Shown here one piece after another: positions 16,962-22,831 of a stretch of DNA of 22,831 nt. Both the position numbers and the translations under genes were made by a program. The stretch's first letter is position 1. Each line of letters begins with the position of its first letter. The notes beneath the pieces were generated by a model, which made no database searches, was not told where the DNA came from, and saw nothing but the letters and a program-made list of their open reading frames with translations. Source of the stretch: a virus (Duplodnaviria > Heunggongvirae > Uroviricota > Caudoviricetes); the IMG/VR virus record IMGVR_UViG_3300028789_000005. One strand, 5' to 3'.

Positions 16962-16971
16962 ATTATAGCTC
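16962..16971 (-). promoter_or_regulatory. Putative -10 element (GAGCTATAAT) 6 nt upstream of the HNH ATG
   Basis: Perfect TATAAT; TAGTCA (4/6 match to TTGACA) at 17-nt spacing; no SD sequence. Confidence 0.65.
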
Positions 16972-17003
16972 GTCTTAGCGAATTTGACTACGACACCGGC
17001 ATT

Positions 17004-18050
17004 TTAGATACCGTCTAAATAGTATGCAGTCGTGGTCCGTTTGTAGATTACCTGACTGATACAGCCGGCAAACATAGTCTCGTACGCCCCGCCTGCGCGG
17101 GTCGTGGGGACGGTGATGGCCTGGATGAACGGCTGCGGCACCTTGAGGTACACGCTCTTCTTCGAGTTCTTGTAGAAGAACCCGCGATCAAGCCCGTTGC
17201 CGCCCGTGGGCGATCCCGGAGCCGCGGTGTTGCCGGAGCCGGTACCGCTGATCCATGGGTTGGGCAGGAAGTTGATCTTGAAGTCGATGCCGTGGTGCGC
17301 CGCGACGCAGTTCTTCTCGACGTACTCGATGGTGCTCATCGCCACGGGCGCGCCGCCGATTGCGATCGGCTGCGTGAGCGTGGCGAACTGGGTGTACGGG
17401 ATCAGCAAGCGGTCCGCCATGCCCTCCTCGGCCGAGTAGCCAGAATTCTGCACGGTCTGATTCAGCGCGAAGTTGATGTCCGCGAGAATCTCCTGTGGAG
17501 TCTTCTTGGCCCACGTGGTGAAGGTGGAAGCGCCAGCCGGAGCGACCGACTCGAAGATGTTGGGGTTGTTGATCAACCCGGCGTCTCCGAGGAAGCCAGC
17601 GTAGGTGACGAAGTCCAAAGCCTTGCCCCATGTGGTCTCGACCGACTCCTCGTACAGCTCTTGCAAGCTGAACGGCGGTGCCTGGCCGGTGCGAAGGGAA
17701 GTCTCCATACGGCGCAGGTCGATCCAGGTGATGGTCATGCCCATCGCCCATGTGTACGTGCGCCAGATGCCCTTCTGGATGTCCGCCTGTGCTTCGGGGA
17801 TGTCCGTGTTGTTGGTACCCTGGAGTCCGTAGGACGAGGTACCAGTGGAGGCGTAGTTGGAGCTGAACGCGGAGATGAACTCCGGGAAGCCTCCACCTAC
17901 TTCAACAGCGATGTCGCGCTTGTGCGTGACAGCCTGCAAAGGACGGACGAGGTCCGTATCGATCAGTTCCAGTTGGCTCTGAAGGAACGCCAGACCTGAC
18001 GCGCCAGAGGCATCGAATGCCCGTACGCGATTTGGGATAGTACGCTTCAT
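17004..18050 (-). CDS. Major capsid protein (DUF2184 family, HK97 fold)
   Basis: 348 aa with AFLQSQLELID, GLINNPN, WAKKTPQEILADIN and ADRLLIP motifs. AGGAG RBS; follows the DUF2213 and decoration genes. Confidence 0.9.
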   Translation of the reverse strand: MKRTIPNRVRAFDASGASGLAFLQSQLELIDTDLVRPLQAVTHKRDIAVEVGGGFPEFISAFSSNYASTGTSSYGLQGTNNTDIPEAQADIQKGIWRTYTWAMGMTITWIDLRRMETSLRTGQAPPFSLQELYEESVETTWGKALDFVTYAGFLGDAGLINNPNIFESVAPAGASTFTTWAKKTPQEILADINFALNQTVQNSGYSAEEGMADRLLIPYTQFATLTQPIAIGGAPVAMSTIEYVEKNCVAAHHGIDFKINFLPNPWISGTGSGNTAAPGSPTGGNGLDRGFFYKNSKKSVYLKVPQPFIQAITVPTTRAGGAYETMFAGCISQVIYKRTTTAYYLDGI

Positions 18051-18059
18051 TGGTTCTCC

Positions 18060-18857
18060 TTACGCCGCGTGGCGTCCCTTGAGTGTGATTTCCAGGATGT
18101 TGTTGACGTCCAGGTTGCCGGTACGCGCGACCACGTCGGTCAACGCAACCAAGTTGCTGAACGTTACGGGCGTGCCAGCCGCGACCGCCTGCGTGGTGGG
18201 AAGGCTGAGTACGATATTCACCGTACCGCCGCCCGACACGACATAGGTGCCAGCTTGGATGCCAGCGCCGGAAACGACCTGACCGTTCTGCGTGTTGGTC
18301 GCCGACGCAATGGTGAGCGCCGTGGCGTTGACAGCAGCAGTACCGGTCGTGCTGAACAGGTCAGTAGCAGCGGGGTTGGTCTCCCAATCGCCGACTGTGC
18401 CAGCGGTTACGGCACCGTTCAGAACCACGCGGGTGTAAACCTGCGCCTGTGAGTTGGGTGCGCCGACGGCCAGCGCGATGGTGCCGCTGCCGCGCTCCAG
18501 AACCTCAGCCATCTGCAGGTTGGCGTAGTAGCCGACCTGCTGGATGCCAGGAGCCTGACCGGCGGGGTAGGTGAGCTGCGTCTTGACCTCGCGGACGGCC
18601 ATACCGGCGAAGTACGCGGCAACGAGGCCGATGTTCGCGGCCGAATGGGCTACGAAGTCGGCGACGGAGTCGAAGTAACCACCGAGGTTGTTCGGAATGA
18701 TGACCGCAGGGTCGCCGAAGTTGAGGTTGTTGGTGGTCGTGTAGGGAACGAATTCACGCGCCGTAATGACGCGATCGCCGAACCGGCTGACCGTACCCTG
18801 GAAGCCGTTATTCGGTCCTGTTACACCGATAACTTGGCCAAAGCTGTACTGTGGCAT
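18060..18857 (-). CDS. Head decoration / cement protein with an inserted beta module
   Basis: 265 aa with GFQGTVSR, LNFGDPAV, FAGMAVREVK and VLERGS motifs; TAATG-coupled to the DUF2213 gene. Confidence 0.8.
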   Translation of the reverse strand: MPQYSFGQVIGVTGPNNGFQGTVSRFGDRVITAREFVPYTTTNNLNFGDPAVIIPNNLGGYFDSVADFVAHSAANIGLVAAYFAGMAVREVKTQLTYPAGQAPGIQQVGYYANLQMAEVLERGSGTIALAVGAPNSQAQVYTRVVLNGAVTAGTVGDWETNPAATDLFSTTGTAAVNATALTIASATNTQNGQVVSGAGIQAGTYVVSGGGTVNIVLSLPTTQAVAAGTPVTFSNLVALTDVVARTGNLDVNNILEITLKGRHAA

Positions 18858-20590
18858 TACTTACCTCCCTTGTGCGCGGAGTTGTAGAACTCCTGCATCT
18901 TAGTCATGGGATCAGCCTTACCGTCAGCGGCGCGGGCACGATCGGGGTTGGGGTTGCGCGGAGCCTTGTCACGGGCGCGCGCCGAGCCGGCAAACGCACC
19001 GTAGCTACCACTGGATGCACGGCTGGACTTCTTAACCGCATCAAGCGCGCGGTTGAAGGAGGCCTTCAGCGCCTTGTCGTTGGAACGGGCGACGCCCGGA
19101 CGCAGCATGCGGAGAACGGCGTTCACGCTGTCGGCCGCGCGGGCGCGGTCGTTGGCGCGGGCGTCCTTGCCCTTCTTGTCCTCGACGTCCTCTTGGTCAT
19201 CGTCGGAGTCGGGGTCGGGACTTTCACCTTCCTCGTCGTCGATGTCTTCCTCGCCGCTCTCGTCCATCTCCTCGCCGGGGCACTCCTCGGAGTCGTGCGC
19301 CTCGCCGCATTCCTCGCACTTCTCAGCGTCCTTGCCACCCTTGAGCGCATCTTCGAGCTCGGACGAATCAGCTACATCGTCAACGTGCTCGGGCTCCTTC
19401 TCTTCCTCGTCTAGGAACTCGTCAAGCAACTCCTTGAGCTCTTCAATGTCGGCGTCCTTCGCCTTGGAGTCCGAAGCCTTCGCATCGGTTGCCTTGGCGT
19501 CGAGTGCACGGTCGAGGGCGTCATGCATCTTCTTCCGTGCATCTGCCACTTTAGCGTCCTCCGCTTTTGGTTTGATTTCGTTTTCCTTTAGCGCCTCGGG
19601 CAATTCTCCGTCCTTAGCGCCCTTCTTGTCTTCAGACTTGAATTCGTTCTTCTCGGTGTCCTTGGGCTCCTCGGCGTCGTCGTTCAACGCTGCGGCAGCA
19701 TCAAGAACCTCCTCGGGGTCAGCATCGGTGGCTCGCGCCATCTCAATGAGATGCTTTCCTTTGAAGATGCGAAGCCAGTCTTTCTTCGGCTTTGTCTCGG
19801 CCACGTTTTGCTTCTCCTTCTTGGGGATTGGTGGAAGTACTATTGGTTTGTACGTGGTTTCGATGACTTCCACCGACGCAGTAGGTTCTAAGGGTAAACT
19901 TGTTAGCACTGCGGTCTCCACGCTCAGCTCTTTGACTTCAGCGAGTGGGGCAGTGGTCTTGATGTCTTCCGGCGCGGCGTCGACGATGGATACGAAGTCA
20001 CCGGCTCGGCCGTTGGGAACCACGGCGTTGTGGTTTCCCATCATTCCGCACTGCACGATCTTGTCGCCCATGCGGTCAATCGAGAAGTCGTAGCCGAGAC
20101 TTATCTCCCGCGCCGTCTTGTTCTTGACCTTCTCAATCAATTCGTGGTCGCTGATGATGAGGTCGGCGATGATCGGCCACTCCCCGTCCTCCAGCGGCTC
20201 CGCACCCTTGCGCACGTTCTGTATATGCCCGCAGGTTAGCTTCTTGAAGTTCTTCGGATCGACGAACTCGCCGTTGGGAGGATGGCCATTGGTGATTGGT
20301 TTGCCGTTCAGCGACGCGAGGAACTCCGGATGGAAGACCTCCTTCTCCGAGCGGTAGAGCTCGATGGTGGCGTGCGGGTTGCTCATGTCCACGCCGAGGT
20401 CGGCCGCGCGCTCTTGCGGTAGGTCCTTGATGGCGTACTTCTGCCAACCGGTGCGCGCGATGGGGCACCCGACGACCACGAGGTAGCCCTCGTCCGTCAT
20501 GTGGATGTTGTCGGTGAGCGGGCTGGTCAGGTAGCCGTGTGGCGATTTGGTCGCGGAGAGGACGGAGAGTTCTTCCTCTGTCTCGGTCAT
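18857..20590 (-). CDS. DUF2213 prohead protease-like domain fused to an acidic scaffolding region
   Basis: 577 aa. N-terminal TDEGYL..VGCPIARTG.Q.Y, GKPITNGHP, REISLGYD and NH.AVVPNGRAG motifs; C-terminal D/E/K/A-rich region. Confidence 0.9.
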   Translation of the reverse strand: MTETEEELSVLSATKSPHGYLTSPLTDNIHMTDEGYLVVVGCPIARTGWQKYAIKDLPQERAADLGVDMSNPHATIELYRSEKEVFHPEFLASLNGKPITNGHPPNGEFVDPKNFKKLTCGHIQNVRKGAEPLEDGEWPIIADLIISDHELIEKVKNKTAREISLGYDFSIDRMGDKIVQCGMMGNHNAVVPNGRAGDFVSIVDAAPEDIKTTAPLAEVKELSVETAVLTSLPLEPTASVEVIETTYKPIVLPPIPKKEKQNVAETKPKKDWLRIFKGKHLIEMARATDADPEEVLDAAAALNDDAEEPKDTEKNEFKSEDKKGAKDGELPEALKENEIKPKAEDAKVADARKKMHDALDRALDAKATDAKASDSKAKDADIEELKELLDEFLDEEEKEPEHVDDVADSSELEDALKGGKDAEKCEECGEAHDSEECPGEEMDESGEEDIDDEEGESPDPDSDDDQEDVEDKKGKDARANDRARAADSVNAVLRMLRPGVARSNDKALKASFNRALDAVKKSSRASSGSYGAFAGSARARDKAPRNPNPDRARAADGKADPMTKMQEFYNSAHKGGK

Positions 20591-21858
20591 ACGGGTTGAA
20601 CCTCCCTCTTGTCGCTGGCCTTGGCTTTGTCTGAGGCCTTCAAGTCTGAGTCTTTGAACGGTTGCCTTGCTCTCTTCAACAGCTCGACTTCACGGGCTCG
20701 TTGTTCTTTCGTCAGCGAGTATTTGCCGTTTGGACCGCGATACGACTTCAACTCGGCAAGTTCTTTCTTCTCCTCGGGTGTGATGGCATCCCCCGTCGGC
20801 ACCGGATCCGGCACGGCGGGAGTGGCTGGATTGTCCACAGGAGGAGGTCCGCCGGTGTCGTCCTTTGCCTTAGCACGGCATTTTCCACACAGGAAATTGT
20901 CTCCCGAAGTTTTGGCACCGCAGTTTTCACAAGCTCCGGCAGCATCACGACCATGCGCGTCATATTGTGCGGCGTCTTTGTGCGTAGAACTGTCATTAGC
21001 AGGACGGCCACAAATTGCGCATCGGTCATCTTTGTCGGGCACGTAGGCGTGTAGTGCACCATCTTTGGCGCGCGCGAACCCCGGACGAACCGTCTTGCCT
21101 TCGACGTGAACCTGCTCTCCGGCGCGGGTGCGCTCCAGCGCAGTACGCAGCGCGATGTCAACCGAGTCGCACACGCGGACGCGTCCGATGCCGGGGTGGT
21201 CGTACTGCGTGTCGAACGCGGACTGACAAAACATGATGCCATCCTTGGCCTTCTGCTCGCCAGCTTGATCGCCCGCGCGACGGTAGCCACCGGCTGCGGC
21301 GCGGTATGAGTCTAGGGCGCGAGCGCGGTCGCCGCCGATCTCGTACTGTGCGGCGCGGAAGAGGTGGTCGGCCGGTTCGGAGCCACTGCGCTGCTCATTC
21401 AGGTTGGTTCGTAGCATGTCTGTCGCCTTTGTCTTTTCTTTCGAATCGCGCATCTTCACGAAACGGCCGCGGTCGCGCGAACGCCCGTCGGTGGTCTTGG
21501 TGGCCTTGCGCTTCTTGTCCATTTCGGCGTCGGTAAGGAACCGCAAGCGAGCCTCTTCCAGCTTGGTTCGCTTGTACTTGGACAGCAGCGAGTTGATTTC
21601 CTTCTCGAGCTCGGGCAGCGTCATGTCGTCGGGGTCGGCCAGGTCGGACGCGTACGAGACCTCGTTGCGCTCTCCGGAGGGAAGCGGAACCAGGCTGGAG
21701 GTCTTGATGGGGACGGGGAGGACGTCCTTCGCCCTGTGCCGGTCCTGCGACTGCGTCAGGCCCTCCTCATGCTTCGCCAACGCAAGGGCGCGCTCGGGGT
21801 CGGCCTCGCCGACCGGCTCGATGTCGTCGCCCACTCGTCTTCCGTTCTTCATGGGCAT
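20587..21858 (-). CDS. 423-aa modular charged protein with CxxC modules and repeated [KR]AxD motifs
   Basis: Start moved to ATG 21858 (AAGGAGG RBS, 5-nt spacer). The ORF-track extension to 22131 runs through the tRNA and is not credible. ATGA overlap with the DUF2213 gene. Confidence 0.8.
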   Translation of the reverse strand: MPMKNGRRVGDDIEPVGEADPERALALAKHEEGLTQSQDRHRAKDVLPVPIKTSSLVPLPSGERNEVSYASDLADPDDMTLPELEKEINSLLSKYKRTKLEEARLRFLTDAEMDKKRKATKTTDGRSRDRGRFVKMRDSKEKTKATDMLRTNLNEQRSGSEPADHLFRAAQYEIGGDRARALDSYRAAAGGYRRAGDQAGEQKAKDGIMFCQSAFDTQYDHPGIGRVRVCDSVDIALRTALERTRAGEQVHVEGKTVRPGFARAKDGALHAYVPDKDDRCAICGRPANDSSTHKDAAQYDAHGRDAAGACENCGAKTSGDNFLCGKCRAKAKDDTGGPPPVDNPATPAVPDPVPTGDAITPEEKKELAELKSYRGPNGKYSLTKEQRAREVELLKRARQPFKDSDLKASDKAKASDKREVQPV

Positions 21859-21878
21859 GACGCCCTCCTTTTCTATGT

Positions 21879-21952
21879 TGGTTTCGGCCCAGAGATTCGA
21901 ACTCCGATTCAACGGATCAAAACCGTTTGTCCTACCATTGGACGAGGCCGAA
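21879..21952 (-). tRNA. trnQ: tRNA-Gln (anticodon TTG), 74 nt with encoded CCA
   Basis: Full cloverleaf: acceptor TTCGGCC/GGCCGAA, D stem GTCC/GGAC, anticodon stem AACGG/CCGTT with loop TTTTGAT, T stem CGGAG/CTCTG with loop TTCGAAT, then A-CCA. Confidence 0.93.
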
Positions 21953-21953
21953 G

Positions 21954-22247
21954 CTAAGTACCAGTGGCCAAATTGCATGTGGACGCGTTGCCGGGACCAC
22001 CTGCCGCGACTCCGGCGATGAACTGACCCGCCGTGACTGTAAGCCACTCGGTCTGACCGGCTGCGATCACAAGTCCATTGCCTTGGTTCACGGTTACGCC
22101 GGAACCGCCGATGGCCACGGTGATGTGGCATGGACCGAGGTTCGTCACGCGAAGCAGCGTTCCCGATCCGGGCAGGACGACCGCCGTACTTGCGAAGCCA
22201 AATGAAGTTCCGGTCGCACCGGACACTGCGAAGTTTCCTTGAGGCAT
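21954..22247 (-). CDS. Small Gly/Thr/Val-rich, predicted all-beta protein (97 aa), possibly structural
   Basis: AAGGAG RBS and clean ORF; composition resembles virion surface proteins. Family not recognised. Confidence 0.7.
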   Translation of the reverse strand: MPQGNFAVSGATGTSFGFASTAVVLPGSGTLLRVTNLGPCHITVAIGGSGVTVNQGNGLVIAAGQTEWLTVTAGQFIAGVAAGGPGNASTCNLATGT

Positions 22248-22305
22248 TTAATACTCCTTGCTAAAGTCGTACTCAGTTTCTCAGTCGTTTAGAACGACGA
22301 GGTTG

Positions 22306-22620
22306 CTACAGCAGTCCCTTGAACGCACCGACAGTGTACAGCCGGTCTATCTCCGCCTGCCACCTGCGTCCGTGCGTGCAGTCGCCGCTCGAGATGTGCG
22401 CCATCTCGTGCAGCAACGCCTGCTTCCACAGCGTGCGGCAGATGGCGCGCATGGTGTCCACTTCGATGATGTGGTTTTCCCTGTCCGTGAAGTCGCAGCA
22501 GGCGTGCTTGCCGTCCAGTGGACGAAACAACACGTCCGTATCTAGCGGCAGTTTGTTGTCGAAGTACAGTTCGTTGTACTTCAGGAACGCGCGGCGAAGT
22601 TTCGTGTGGGACAGGTGCAC
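22306..22620 (-). CDS. SprT-like zinc metalloprotease domain protein (104 aa)
   Basis: Start moved to GTG 22620 (TAAGGAGG RBS). Motifs FLKYNELYFDNKL, LLHEMAH (HExxH) and HGRRW. Confidence 0.8.
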   Translation of the reverse strand: MHLSHTKLRRAFLKYNELYFDNKLPLDTDVLFRPLDGKHACCDFTDRENHIIEVDTMRAICRTLWKQALLHEMAHISSGDCTHGRRWQAEIDRLYTVGAFKGLL

Positions 22621-22631
22621 GAGCGGCCTCC

Positions 22632-22831
22632 TTAGAAGCGTTTCTCGTACAGCGCCAGGTTGTAGAACGGGAAGAACTCCACGGCGAATCGCGTCACGGT
22701 GCCAGTCTCGTCCTGCGTGATGGAGACGACGCTGTACCCGACGTGGGCCTGCAATTTCAGCTTGCGCATGAACAGGCTCTGGTCGGTGGTGCATCCCAGC
22801 TGCAAGGCGTGCACCTCGCGCGGGTAGCCGT
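22632..22831 (-). CDS. C-terminal fragment of a probable metallophosphoesterase-like phage protein (5'-truncated)
   Basis: The frame stays open to the window edge: ..GYPREVHALQLGCTTDQSLFMRKLKLQAHVGYSVV... The GC..DQ..FMR....AHVG pattern resembles phage calcineurin-like phosphoesterase C-termini; the catalytic motifs would lie outside the window. Confidence 0.5.
   Translation of the reverse strand, partial: GYPREVHALQLGCTTDQSLFMRKLKLQAHVGYSVVSITQDETGTVTRFAVEFFPFYNLALYEKRF

Noticed and set aside
16315-17003. Group I intron around the HNH gene or a split capsid gene
   Set aside because: The capsid gene ends normally (YLDGI then TAA), and no intron core elements or second exon are evident.
17004-18050. 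DUF2184 protein as an encapsulin nanocompartment
   Set aside because: It sits in a complete head-neck-tail operon with protease/scaffold, sheath and baseplate genes, so it is the phage major capsid protein.
19053-20093. Long plus-strand ORFs (this one, also 10639-11547, 17292-17999, 9243-9860, 5595-6215, 21404-22021)
   Set aside because: Antisense shadows of GC-rich minus-strand genes, with Ser/Arg-biased translations and no recognisable motifs.
21859-22131. N-terminal 91 codons of the 514-aa ORF
   Set aside because: They run through the tRNA and overlap the 97-aa gene. A strong RBS marks ATG 21858 as the real start.
1-22831. CRISPR array, diversity-generating retroelement or recoded stop codons
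   Set aside because: No regularly spaced repeats and no reverse transcriptase are visible, and all core genes are intact under the standard code using TAA, TAG and TGA.

Overview
The window is one continuous, minus-strand virion morphogenesis operon of a contractile-tailed (myovirus-type) phage or prophage. No host genes or integrase are visible, so free phage and prophage cannot be told apart. Reading right to left: a truncated phosphoesterase-like gene, a SprT-like HExxH protein, a small beta-rich protein, a tRNA-Gln(UUG), a 423-aa modular protein, DUF2213 protease/scaffold, head decoration protein, DUF2184 major capsid protein, HNH-AP2 endonuclease, a hypothetical protein, DUF4054 adaptor, GIY-YIG endonuclease, neck genes, DUF3383 sheath, tube, tail chaperone with a -1 slippery site, tape measure with a lytic transglycosylase domain, baseplate genes, tail fibre, and a truncated signal-peptide-bearing protein missing from the ORF track. 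This order resembles Bcep781/PB1/AP22-like myoviruses. Family names come from motif recognition and gene order, not database searches. The best leads are: (1) a head-module protein built of small domains punctuated by the same [KR]-A-x-D motif found in the scaffold and capsid propeptide, possibly a protease-processed cargo polyprotein; (2) a tail-region protein with a Sec-type signal peptide and cysteine pairs; (3) an identical GAGCTATAAT-N6-ATG element in front of two unrelated homing endonucleases; (4) a tRNA wedged between two head genes; (5) two ~60-aa modules reused across six structural proteins.
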